Assembly: GCA_010093605.1 (NCBI GenBank)
Contig: MU004184.1
Location: 2,180,801-2,244,800 of the forward strand
Source: Lophium mytilinum
Lineage: Eukaryota
Direction of reading: 5' to 3'
Length of the DNA: 64,000 nucleotides
In this document: positions 1 through 11,432 of the stretch, one piece after another
Numbering within the stretch: position 1 is the stretch's first letter
How the letters are laid out: the number at the start of each line of letters is the position of its first letter
The notes under the pieces: model-generated
The model's input: the letters and a program-made list of their open reading frames with translations, nothing else
Told to the model about the DNA's origin: nothing
Databases searched by the model: none
Made by a program: the position numbers and the translations under genes

Positions 1-85
1 AACAAGCCCTCACCTTGAAACGATGCATCGAGTCTATCAGTACTCGAGGTTTTGATATGACGATGCTATACATAGTTCGACCGTG

Positions 86-1088
86 CTATACAATCTTCTC
101 TGCCTCTTCTAACAAGGTTTCCACCTTGAAATTGCCATCTCCACTGCTGAACTGCTCCAGAAGCTTCTTCCGTTCCGTACTTTCCTTAGCCTGCATACCG
201 TAGAACTTCTGCAAACACATGAGAAGCCATTTGGCCTCATCTACCGTGACACCACGGCCCGGTAGCACGCTTCCTTGCCCCAAGATCAGACCTTTTGGCT
301 CAACAAGCTCCTGATGGAATGACACTGTTGTATGCGGGGTGCTATATTCGCCGCGCAGCTTGTACTCCGCCAAATGCGTGAATAGCACAGTTGTAGTATG
401 TGGCGCCGGTTGCGCCCACTGAAGGAAGTGTATCTCGGCACCCTGTCCCTCCCGAGGTAGTGGAAGGATAAACTGTGGATGTTTATTTGCTGTTTGCGCA
501 ATGATGCGCCATGTGTGCTGTGGTAGGTTAAAGCTTAGAGAGTTGGGTTTCGAGGCATGCCGTAGGCGCCAGATGGTTTCTATCTCTTTTGGCGGGAGCT
601 CGAGTGTTTTTGGGACATCGATGAAGGAGGAGAGGGTTTTGAGGCCGGGAGGTGTGGAAGACTGTGTTTTGGGTACTGGAGAAGATGGAAGAGGGGGCGG
701 AGAAGGGAATGGCGAGCCTGTGCTTGTCGAAGAGGCGTCGGTGTCAAGAGGAGCAGTGGCGCCAGGGACTGCGGCTTGCTTTCGTAGGTCTTCGATTTTG
801 TCCTTGTATGCTTGTTTGAGCTCAGAGATATCGCTCAGACCTTCCCTGTTGACCAATCGTCAGACTTTGTATGTATAACTTGGGTGCTCCAGTTGCCCAC
901 GCCATTGAAGCTTACTCTTTCGCTTTGCGGTCAAGCTTCTCACGGTACTTCGCTATGACACGTTCCTGTGTGCCATGGGTAGCTAGAAAGCGCACATCGT
1001 GGACTTGCGCCCATCGCCGCTGGCAGATACGGGGGTTTATAAGAGGTCGGAAAAGATGTCGGATAGCAGGTTGTCGGATGCTCGCCAT
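86..1088 (-). CDS. ATP11: Mitochondrial F1-ATPase assembly chaperone Atp11 (2 exons, intron ~846-915)
   Basis: Exon 1 reads MASIRQPAIRHLFRPL...QRRWAQVHDVRFLATH...KYREKLDRKAKE (mitochondrial presequence-like). It is spliced (GTAAGC...CAG) to ORF 86..856 containing KTLSSFIDV, EIETIWRLRH, PQFILPLPR, EIHFLQW, LAEYKLRGE and LQKFYG, typical of the ATP11 family. Confidence 0.93.
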
Positions 1089-1291
1089 GGCGATGGGATT
1101 GAGGCTTCGGAGGTGCCTCGATTCGCCACGACATTGGCGGTGTTCGAAGACATCACGTGGAGATAAGATCGGGAAGATCCCGCTAAGCCTACTGTGTGGA
1201 GCACTATAATGATCACTTTGCTATGGCATAAAACCTACTAAACTAGCTTATACTTAGGTCCAAGCAGACGCATGTTCAAGAACGACGCTTG

Positions 1292-1510
1292 GGTTTAGCC
1301 GCTGTAGAGTTCGTACTAAGAGCAGGCGATGACAATGTGAACCGTTTGGACTGCTAGTGGGCACGGGAATGTAAACATTGCGTGATCGCATAATTAATCA
1401 CAGTGGATTTTCGATCCGAAGCGGGCAAAAACAGTGTGCGGTAGTTTGAATTCGTTCTCTGCCAGCTGGGGACGAGAGCATGGGGTTCGGCCCGTACGAT
1501 AGATACATAT
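1292..1510 (+). ncRNA. Candidate box H/ACA snoRNA (three hairpins; pocket complementary to LSU rRNA A-loop)
   Basis: Hairpins found by eye at 1292-1343, 1351-1424 and 1435-1498; ANANNA box (AAAACA) at 1428-1433; terminal ATA/ACA at 1499-1507. Pocket strands TAGTGGG (1355-1361) and CGATCCGA (1412-1419) pair with the conserved LSU sequence UUGGAUUG-UU-CACCCACUA. Confidence 0.5.
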
Positions 1511-1826
1511 GAATCACGTCATTTAAACAGCTTCAACGTATTTTTCCATTGTCTCGCGAATGATAATTTTTTCGGCATAGTGTTATTGGTAGCTCTCAGT
1601 CCACTCTTCTTAAGTTGCTCATCACGAAGTAGAAATTGTGTTAAGAGGTTCGTATATACATTCGTCGATGTATGAGCACAAGGACTCGAACTGACATGGA
1701 CGGTTACGGCCCTTGAGACAGGACTTCAACATGTAGACTGAACGAATCCAGACCTACCACCTTTATTGCCTTTTGAGAGATCTTCTCCATTTCGAGCCCT
1801 TGGAAAATCTCGACTCAACACTATAC

Positions 1827-3421
1827 CTAATAATTTTGTTCTGCGGCACATGTCAGAATCAGTCGTCCGAGATCAAGCCATACACTTACGATTGTTCCAG
1901 TACAGCGTGTCTAAAAAGCACGTAAGGTCAGCCAAGTCGATATTGAATCAATGATCTGTCAGATCTTACCATGTTGGACCTCGGGACCAGTAGCTCCTAG
2001 TTCCCATCCGAACTTTAGATGGATGTACTGCATCAGATGGCTCGCAACTTTGACGTGCCCAACATCGGTGGGGTGATATTGCGGTGCCTGTTTTGATTAG
2101 TTCGCCGAAGGAAAATATTCGGAAAAAAAGGCGACTAGGACCACCTACAATATCGTTGTGTTGTAAGATTCCTGTCGTATTGAAGTAGTGCACAAATCCG
2201 GTATGCTTGTAGTGATTATACACCATCTCAATCTCGTCGATGAATGCACCCCCTTGCGCATAGCTGTTTCCCACAGCATTGAATCCATTCCACAAGCTCA
2301 CGAGCACGATATCTGCATGCGGATAAACTCTATGCACCCCGGCAACGAACTCGATGTAGCTATGAAGATATCGGTCATTGGTGACGTTGTTGTGGGTATT
2401 GTTGTCATTCGTTCCAAGATTGATGACCACTATATCAGCCGCGGGGTGCTCCTTGAAATCCCAGACCTCCGGTTCGTCGCCGTAGATCTCTAGGGCACGT
2501 CCCGATGTATCGGGTGTGTGGTACCACTGATATGTTTGCCCACGCGGATTGCCCCAGCAGTTTGTGTCAACTAGACAGATGCCCGGATAGGCCGTGATGT
2601 GAAACTCGACGTTGCCGAAGCCAGCTGCGAGGCCCCAGCTGTAAGAGGAAATACCCTCGTATGTTGCGTACTGGCCGGCGCTGAGCGAGTCGCCGATTAT
2701 CTCGAGCGTTTTGTGAAAGTCTTTCAGTTTGAAGAGCTCGCCTGTTGAGCTGACGTGCACGCCGGCGATTTGCACACCGTATGCCCAATTGGTAACGCGG
2801 AGCTCTAGCGTTTGTGGGAGCTGCGCTTGAGTAGTGAGATTGAGGCCGGTGGTGCTGCTTGAGATGAGCTGATGGGTGGAGTTGGCTGTGACGTTTGTGA
2901 ATAGCTGTGATGTTGTCAATTCCATGGGTCGTGCTTCTCAGATACGGCCCTTACCCAATCCTGCCCACCAAGTCTGTATGCTATGAGAACGCTGGGAGAG
3001 GTGTAGTTCCCGAAACTGATAGCAACCTACCCTACTGTCAGAGCTGGGGAAAAGGAACGCGTGAGGTATGGTGGAAGACCTTGTCGCCAGTAAATCCGAA
3101 CTTGAGCCCTGGGGCTCTGAGGGTTGGGTTAGTCTTGTCACTGGTTTGTTGACTGCCATGAAGCTTACGACCACCCTTCGATGCCACTGATCAGTATTGC
3201 TCCTACCGAGCGGTGCCTCACTCACAGGAGATGTGCTTGCTATCCCAACGTCCTTTGTATGACAGCTCTTTCGCACTAGGTGCATAAGTCCTCCAAGAGA
3301 GGTCGTGAGCTACGGAAGCAATCGAGGTGTCTGGGAAGACAACCTCGCGAACTTGACCGTTCTGGAGGATGGTCCCGGAGACGGTGGTAGCGAGGATCGC
3401 AATTGATGAAAAGAGCTTCAT
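1827..3421 (-). CDS. Secreted SGNH/GDSL hydrolase, carbohydrate esterase family 2-like (multi-exon, includes a 7-nt micro-exon)
   Basis: Signal peptide MKLFSSIAILATTVSG; SYKGRWD...SWWSAPGLKFGF N-domain; catalytic blocks EIIGDSLSAG, AYPGICL, VINLGTND and (PQY)HPTDVGH. The spliced C-terminus reads HDTLYWNNQQNY* ending at 1827. Confidence 0.85.
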
Positions 3422-4422
3422 ATTGACGCGACTGATAGGAAATTGGAGAAGATGAAAGACCTCACCACGAGCACAATGAGCAACAGAAAAGCTTTAAGGA
3501 AAGTGCGATGGAAGCATTACTATATCGATCATGGACTGGGTCAATTCGTTCTAGTCTACCTACGGGTTCGCGTGAACAGACGCAATGAGCTATCACCAAA
3601 TGGTAGGACTACCTGCATGCTGCCAGATGACGATGCTCGACTATACGATCTCTCAGGGGTACTCGGCCTGGTTGCCTCCGCAGCACCAAGAGTCACGATC
3701 CCGGGTTTAGCTCAAGCTCTCGCCTGTCTGTGAGTTCCCCGTTGGTGGAAGAAGTCGGGATTGATGGCCACGACAGGCCTCTGCAGCGATCCACGAGCCC
3801 GCGGCATCTTGTTGGTTTGCTTGCTGCTGTCGTCCAATGAAGGCACAGCGGCGTCAGTGCAGCAGGCTTTACCCATATGCCTGGCGGGAGATGAGGACGG
3901 CGGGCGGAGGGACGACTCCGCTCCAAGAAAGGGCGGCTCTAAGGTCGCACGAGCTGAAGAGCAACGCATATGACGAGCCGTTTACAGGGCAAGGGACCCG
4001 CGTAGCCGACAGTACCTGGGCGTCGTCCCCCTATTGCCGGCGCTGCGAGTGGTGAATGCACGGTGCCTGGCGGTCGCACCGGGTCGCAAGGCGATGCTGC
4101 AGGCGCGACAAAACAGACGTAGGGCTGCAGAAGACTCTCTATCCGGGAGATGCAGCACGTCTCGTCGCCGCTCTGGGCGGCGTGTTGGCGATGTTGCTGT
4201 GGGTGATGCAAAAGAGGGAGACGCTCATGCTCGGCCGCCAGCTCCGCAAACCTCGCTCTGTGCTACTTAACCACCCCTCTCTATCACCTTCACAATCGTC
4301 ACCGCCGACAACTACAGAGAGACACACGGCGCTCCCTCCGGCCTTCACTTGGCCGTCGCCATGAGCAGCGAGTCCCGGGACCGACAATGACATGGTGATG
4401 GCCGCCGCAGCCAGCACGCTCC

Positions 4423-4956
4423 ATGGCCTCTCCCGCCAACTCCATCCCAGACACCCAGCTGGGCCTCACCCAGGGCGAGATCCAGCTGCTCCGCCAGCAC
4501 CAGGCGATTGCCCTTTCCCAGGCCGGCAACTCGTCCTCGCGCGCCGCCTCCAATGCTTCCAGCCAGGGCCGCTTGCTGCTGGACCCGAGCAGCTTGCAGG
4601 CCCTGAGCTCGCACTTCGACCGCTTGATGTATTCCATCCAACAGCGATATCAGTCGGTGAGCGCCCGAGTTCTGCGGCCCATTCATGCGCGCCGCCTCGT
4701 CCTGCCCCTCTCGGCCTTCTTGCTGAACGCTGCTAACATTGGTTGCTAGCTGACCGCCCAAACACAAACCGCAACCCAGACCCAATACGACCGCGCGGGA
4801 AATGCAATCCAGGCCGCCGACCTTGAAATCGCCCGCTTCCGGGAGATCCTGCGGCAAATCGACGAGCTCCAGGTTGAGTTCGACAAGGTGCGCCGCATCG
4901 GAGAGATTGTGAAGGGCTTCCGAGCACGCGTCGAACATCTCGAACGCCGGATATAA
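4423..4956 (+). CDS. CNL1: BLOC-1 complex subunit CNL1 (cappuccino/BLOS4)-like; intron 4657-4749
   Basis: IPDTQLGLTQGEIQLLRQHQ...SSRAASNASSQGRLLLDP is joined via GTGAGC...GCTAAC...TAG to LTAQTQ...YDRAGNAIQAADLEIARFREILRQIDELQVEFDKVRRIGEIVKGFRARVEHLERRI*. This is the short coiled-coil fungal CNL1 pattern, recognised from memory. Confidence 0.75.
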
Positions 4957-7266
4957 TTGTAAACCATACCACCACGCGTGTTCCTTCTGCGCACACTTCA
5001 CGATTTTACGAAGAACTCCTACTGGTCCTCGCGGACCCGAACATCATTATCTAAATATCTAAGAGCGGAAGCCTCGCGGCACAAAACATTTGATAGCGGA
5101 GATTTGAGATATTGGGCCTCGCGGCTTCTGGCGTTGTTCTCTGCGTTGGGGTCTTTCTTTATCTAAGGGATACCCAAGTTTTGCTTTCTCTCAATTTCCA
5201 TCTCAGCTCACTTCTCCCTGTGTCCTCTTGCGTCGTTCGTCTATTCACTTATTGGGTATCCCGTGGATTTCCTCTTTAATCCGGCAAATTGACTGTTGAT
5301 GCTACCATATCTCATAGTTGAGAACTCAGTGTGTTTTCTTGGAGTATTCGTACTTTTGCATAGCTTGCAAGATCTGTACTGAGGTGTCGTTGTTTCTCAG
5401 CGCTCTCATTCAATCACTTTATTACTACCTCTTCACCAATAATAAGTCCACGTCGAAATTTCGACCTGAGACCAATCTCACCCATCATCCTCAGTGCAGC
5501 AGACATTCCCTTGTGTACTAAGCTCCCTAATTTTCTCAAGCAGCACCGCACCCTCATTGAAAACACCAACAGCATTACCATCAGCAGCTCTCCTTCGTCA
5601 TCCCGCTTCCGAACTTGAAGTTCCCGCCTCGCGAGCATTTATCTGCAGCGTCCGTCGCACCGCGCAGCCCCAACTGGGTCCAGTGCCTCCACAGTCGCTC
5701 CAAACAGCCGCATGACCGCCTGGTCCAAGCCACCTTTCCTGCAGCCTAAGACCAGCGTTCGTATGTGGTCGTCGTGGGATCAGTCCCCACACTGAATGTA
5801 GCTAGCACGGTAGCACTGCACGAGGCTAGAAAACCAACAGTGGCTCAACAGGAAGGGGATCCCAGCTCTGTGAGCAACCGAGTATTGGGTTCGATTTCAA
5901 GGTCTTGGTTAGGAATACACGGCGCTCTGCATGTGCATCTCGCTGCTGCAGGGCGAGGTGAACTGAGACCGACGTGCGTACGTCAGTTGATGAGGGCGTT
6001 GCTGGTGACATTCATGTGTCCCAGTGGTCGCGAAGTTTCATCACGAAATGCTAGGGAAAGTCTATGTGGTAAACCTGCGCTCTAACAATAGGATCAGGCG
6101 TGGGTTTATCTTGTATCAATGGATAATTGAATCTCATAGCTCGAACTTTCGTTTTTATATCATATACACAAATCCTAGCTAACACCGCTTGCCTTGCACG
6201 GCTGCTGCCACTCCTGTCAGTGCGACCAATAACTGACTGAATCCACGGCGTACCTTACCTTTTCCCACGGCCGAGACGCCTAACACGCCACAAAACTACA
6301 TTACTAGAGATTTATTCCTTATCAATAAAGGCGCGAAATCGTCGCCAGATTTTGTTTGAAAAAGCATGGAGTTCACTCCGTTAATATAAGGTTTCCACTT
6401 CCGGTAACCGAACCGAGCGCCGAACACCTTAGCTCAATCTCTCACGGGGAATCGGACAAAGCTGCGTACCTCGTGACTTGAACATACACTCATATCCTCG
6501 TTCCTTGTAATTTTCCATAGGTTCATAGATCACCACACATCAAACCATCCTTGAGTATCTGCACACTTTCACGCTTCAACACTCAAAAACTTAAACTTCA
6601 AATCTTGAACTTGGAAATGTGCACATCTGGAGACTTTAACGCTGTTTTATATATCTGTTTCGCCCGGCGTTGACGGCTACACCATTTCAGTGTTCTCTAG
6701 CGAATTCGAAAGCAAGCCCAGAACTGTACTACACGTTAGCAGAGGAGTTTCGAGGCCATTCGCTCAAATGTACTTACATAAAGCATGTAGTATCTCTGCT
6801 GACTATGGTACAACGCGGCCGGGTTTATGTACGTGTTGATGAGCAGTGCCGGATCAACTGCTAACCCATACAAAAGACATCTCTTTCGCGCGAGTGTCGT
6901 ATAGCAATATCCCCACGGTGTAGCCCACGAGTGAACCTGGTGACACGAAGTTGTAGGTGGGATTCCTCTGGAATACCTACTGCAATGTCGATTTCCGTAA
7001 ATTTGGATCTTGGCCTGGGCGAGTCTGGCAGAGTAGATGGTCTAGAAAAAGGAGCGGGCTTTATTCCTGGTAGTTTGAATCCCAGCGATCCTTGTCGGGG
7101 CACTGCTAACAAGCGTCTCGGATTATAGTAGTGGTCTTCTCCAGCGTGCTTCAGGTGTTTCTAATCCGAAAAATGCTACAAGAACCGTGATAGAAGACGC
7201 GGTATCGACCGGGTTCCATCCACAATATCGTGATAAGCCCACGTTGGATCATGAGAGTCAAATACT

Positions 7267-7873
7267 TCAAACTTCGGGGTCGCTCTTGTCGTGGCCAGGA
7301 CCATCCATAACTCCGCTCTCGCTGACCGAGGGGCCATCGCTGATTTCGCCTTCAACAAACACCAGATCGCCAGTCTTTCCAATAGACTCACGCACCGCTT
7401 CTTCAATAAGCACACCCATAGCAAGTAGTGCACTTTCGTCCATGGATTTCCAGGCCTTCTCACGATCGTCCCTGGGCATTGCTGCGCAGTACTGGGAGAC
7501 GTATGCGTGAATTGACGCTAGTAGGTCAGAATCTGGCAAGGCAAGCTGCGAAGGAAGATTTCTATGGGCGAAGTACTGGTCGGTCTCTGCGAACCTGTCG
7601 GGCGCGTTTGAACCCTTGTAGAGAACCTCATCTGGCCGCAAAGGCGCATAAGCTTGCTTAGTGTCTCTGTGCTTTCTTCTTGTAGCCTTGTCTACCGTGA
7701 AGCCCGCGTCAGTGACTCGCCCTGGAGATATTGTGAGCAATGTGCCCATAGCTCAAGACTGTGGAATACTAACCAGTCACAGCATCATACAGCGTCGCCC
7801 GCCGCTTACGCATCCCAATTCTTGATTCACGTCGACCATCTACCAGATCAGATGCGGAGCGTTGTCGCTTCAT
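7267..7873 (-). CDS. RNA polymerase I upstream activation factor subunit Rrn10-like; intron ~7722-7774
   Basis: Exon 1 reads MKRQRS...MRKRRATLYDAVTG|RV. Exon 2 has PDEVLY, LPDSDLLASIHAYVS and SMDESALLAMGVLIEE, motifs I associate with the UAF Rrn10 family. Confidence 0.6.
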
Positions 7874-8150
7874 AGCTGTGAAGTTGCGGAACAGCTGCCG
7901 CACGCGCAATTCAGAACTTCGCTTCACCAGTGTCTGAGGTGGCCCAGCGAGTCAACAGATTGATTTCGGATGTTGGTTGGCGGGTGAAAGATGATAGGAC
8001 ATGCAGGTACGATTTAAGTTTACAAGGCTGTCGCCGCTCAGACTGCATCGTGATCATGACTTAATCTGATATGCCAAGCCTGTAAGCTACGGCATCGTCA
8101 CTCACAGCGGAACCGTTCTTTCCCAGCGTACTCCTTCAATGTGATTACGC

Positions 8151-9657
8151 ATGAACGCCTACCTTCTCACCCGCTCCCTCGGAATCGATAGCGCGGTTGC
8201 TTTCGAACGCGCACAATGCACACAGCTGCTCCATGCGCTCCACCCAAGCAATGTTGCCTTCTACGCCCAAGCACCGCAAACCAGCCTAGGTAGCGAGGCG
8301 TATAGTCATGCTACTGGCGAGCCGGAATACGCGCATGTCGCAGGCGTGAATGCTATTACCATTGATAAATTCGAAGGCCGATAGTAAGACAGAATTGAGT
8401 TTGCGTTGACTCGGTGTCCTAACACCTCGTCCAGTCTTCTCTCCGGTGGTGCAGACTCATCCATAGCCATCTGGGACCTCGAAAACAGTTCAGATGGGAC
8501 TGAGTTGGCGTATGCGCCGATTGGGTCCGTGGACAGGTTACTCCCTCTATCTACCTAATCCGATGCATTGCTAATGTCTCAGAACATCCCAACAGCACAA
8601 GTTTGGTATCACCCAGCTCTGCTTTTATCCGTTCGACTCCCTCGCCTTCCTCTCATCCTCTTACGATCACACCGTCAAGATATATTCTTCCGAGACCCTA
8701 GAGCCTTCTGCGTCTTTCGACCTCGACTCTGTCGTATACACAATTGCGCTCTCGCCGATCGCCTCACATCTCCTTGTTGCATGCGCCACCCAGCATCCGG
8801 CTGTCCGCCTTGTCGACCTTCGCTCGGGAGCTAGTACCCACTCATTAGCCGGTCACAATGGAGCAGTTCTCTCGGTGGCCTGGAGTCCTGTTCATGAACA
8901 TATCCTAGCGAGCGGCAGTGCAGATGGAACTGTACGTTTCTGGGATATCCGGCGTAGCGTTGGTGAAATAGGCGCTTTAGACATGGAGGACTCTGTCGGC
9001 ATTTTGGGTCACGATGGCTTCGGAGGTGGTGCACGCCATAGAGACCATGGCAAAGCCCACAGCGGCATTGTGAATGGGATAGCATGGACAGAAGACGGTC
9101 AACACCTAGTCACTACTGGACACGATGAGAGAATTCGGGTGTGGGACACATGGACAGGCGCGAACACACTTGCAAGTTTCGGTCCCTTGATCAGGAACTC
9201 GCATCTCTCATCTGTGACACCATTACTGGCCCCGAGCAACCTGGTCTCGTCTACAAAAGACGTCTTGCTATACCCTAACGAATTAGACATACTGATGTAT
9301 GAGCTGTTTGAAGGCACTTTGATAAAGAAATTGAAGCGCCCGGCTCGCCAGCCAACTAGTAGTACCACAAACCCTGCTCCAGGACAGCGAAACCCTAGAA
9401 ACAGAGTCACGGGATTAGTATGGCGGCACCATCACATTGAGTTCTACTCCGCCCACTCAGACGGCTCGATCGGAACATGGAAGCCCAGGACTTCAGAAGA
9501 TGCCCTTGCAGATGAGGAAGAACAGGAGAACATGGAAAATGCAGATGCCGAGGGTAAACAGAGCACCAAGCGCAAAAGGGAGGCCCTGGAAGATATTTAT
9601 CAAAGTCTCACAAAGAGGCAGGTCACGTTTGGTTCATCACACGAGAGCTATAGATGA
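8151..9657 (+). CDS. ERCC8: WD40 DNA excision repair protein CSA/ERCC8 (Rad28/Ckn1); introns ~8384-8434 and ~8537-8582
   Basis: HVAGVNAITIDKFEGRY|LLSGGADSSIAIWDLE, HKFGITQLCFYPFDSLAFLSSSYDHTVK, VRLVDLRSGASTHSLAGH, WSPVHEHILASGSADGTVRFWDIRR and AHSGIVNG form the diagnostic CSA-type WD repeats. Confidence 0.88.
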
Positions 9658-9986
9658 CAGATGAACGAAGCCTAGTCGCCTACATATTTCGTGTAGGTAG
9701 AGATATCGTATGCTGGGGGTTTCCCACTCGATAGCTCCGCTTCATCAACGCAGTGCCCGGTTTGAGTTGGGTCAACAGGGAATCAAGCACGTTGTCGCAG
9801 AATAATCACGATGCTGTCATGGGTGCAACTGCATCTAGGTTAGTCCATCAGTCTTTACGTTCTATCGACGCGTTGCTGTGGTTTGCCGACTTTGGGGGAG
9901 ATTTCTTGTCGGCTCCGGCCCGTGATGAAGCCTAAATCAACGTTCCATCACCCACACCCTCCAGCAGCTCTCGAACTAGGATCGCT

Positions 9987-10763
9987 ATGGTAAGACGGTT
10001 ACCTACCCAATACCCTGCGTGTCATGTACAGTACCGCTGATACTAAAAGCAGGCCCCAAAAGCCAGCCCTCCAGCGGCAAAGCAAGCCCTCATACTCGCC
10101 TGGTTCCAGAGGTCTGGCGTCGCCCACAGCATCAAAGACCTCGAGAAGGCACTCCCCTCAGTTGCGTCCATCAATGGCATGCAGGTCAAAGACTACCTCC
10201 AAGCCCTCTCAGATGACTCCAAGATTCGGGTGGAGAAGATTGGCAGCGGGAACTGGTACTGGAGCTTTCCGAGCGAGGAGAAGAGAACAAAGGAGAGCGT
10301 ACTCGCCAAAGCTCAAGAGGAGCGCGCCAAAGCTGTTGCCATGGTCTCGGAACTGCAGCTGAAAGTTGATGAGGCTGGTGCCGCCCGGGCTGAGGACGAG
10401 GACATGCTTTTAGGCCCAGGTAAGGCATCGGTTGTTGTTGCCAAACTACAGTATCTCTAACGATCAGAAGGTCAGGATCGGAAGTCTCTCACGTCTCGAC
10501 ATGCGGAACTGCTGAGGGCACTCGACGGGCTTCGGCAAGAGCTGGCTGGTTACAGTGACAGCGACCCGGCAGAGGTCGATAACAAGAGACAAGCAACAGA
10601 ACAGTACAAGCAGGAAGCAGAAAAATGGACGGATCAGATTCAGAGCATGGAAGGCTGGTTCAAGGCGCAGACTGGTGGCGATAAAAACGCAATGGGCGAA
10701 CTTATGAGGAATTGGTACGGAGACGAGTTCGACGAAGAGGACCAGTGCTTGCGGGAGCTTTAG
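9987..10763 (+). CDS. MND1: Meiotic nuclear division protein Mnd1 (Hop2 partner); first coding exon is the ATG alone
   Basis: ATG|GTAAGA intron, then APKASPPAAKQALILAWFQ...HSIKDLEKALP..SINGMQVKDYLQALSDDSKIRVEKIGSGNWYWSFPS (Mnd1 winged helix). After a second intron the C-terminal ..YSDSDPAEV..AEKWTDQI.. ends at TAG 10761-10763. Confidence 0.9.
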
Positions 10764-11432
10764 CACTCTATCATCTACCTAGGAGATGGGCCAGCTATAT
10801 GGAATACTGCGAGACTTTCCTCGATCAAGAGGTTCATGGAGCACGAGCGTCAGAAATGTATTATATATGCCAGTGTGCTACCTTCAATCAGCTAAAAACT
10901 ACACCTGCTTAGTGATTTACTCAACCTTGTTTCTTTGGTGACTGTCTGCGACGCTACAATCCATATTGATTCGTGTATTGATGAGTCCAACGAGCCCCCT
11001 GCATCTCGCGTACTGCGCCTCAGGTGGCTGGCAATGACTTGACTTCCAAATCAGTAGTCAGTGACTCACGGATATCGAAGAGCCAATTAACAAGGGATCC
11101 GAGCTTACTATTTATTCTGGCGTCGAGCTGTTTGTGCGGGCAAACCAAGAATTTGCTGGAAGTACGTTTGTCAGAGAGGTACACGCTAACTTGTACCTAT
11201 CCCTCTATTTTCGTCGGCCTTGCCTGCGCCGATCTTTGAATACGCACGACCACAAGTATTACCACGACACTCCCCAAATTCAGACCCTCCTCTCAACAAC
11301 CTCAGCCATACGAGTTCCTGTACTAGAAGCTACTTTAGGCCCTTTCACTACTCAACATCTGTGCCTGGCCGTCAGATCGCCCCGCGATCCAGCTTGCGAT
11401 CTCCTCCCCGCTATCTGCAAATTGTCGCCTCC

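Noticed and set aside
1475..1500. tRNA T-arm (GGTTCG) or RNase MRP 3' motif
   Set aside because: No cloverleaf and no matching P4 partner; better explained as part of the H/ACA-like hairpin.
4345..5001. 218-aa antisense ORF over CNL1 (and similar antisense ORFs over GTS1, CSI2 and STT4)
   Set aside because: Expected by-product of codon bias on the coding strand.
5000..7250. Telomerase RNA or spliceosomal snRNA in the long gap
   Set aside because: No TAACCCTAA-type template and no U1/U2/U4/U5/U6 signature found by eye on either strand.
11134..11432. Upstream extensions and overlapping ORFs at HEL2 (11134..11667, 11220..)
   Set aside because: Non-ATG starts in a CT-rich 5'-UTR-like tract; the first good ATG is at 11433.
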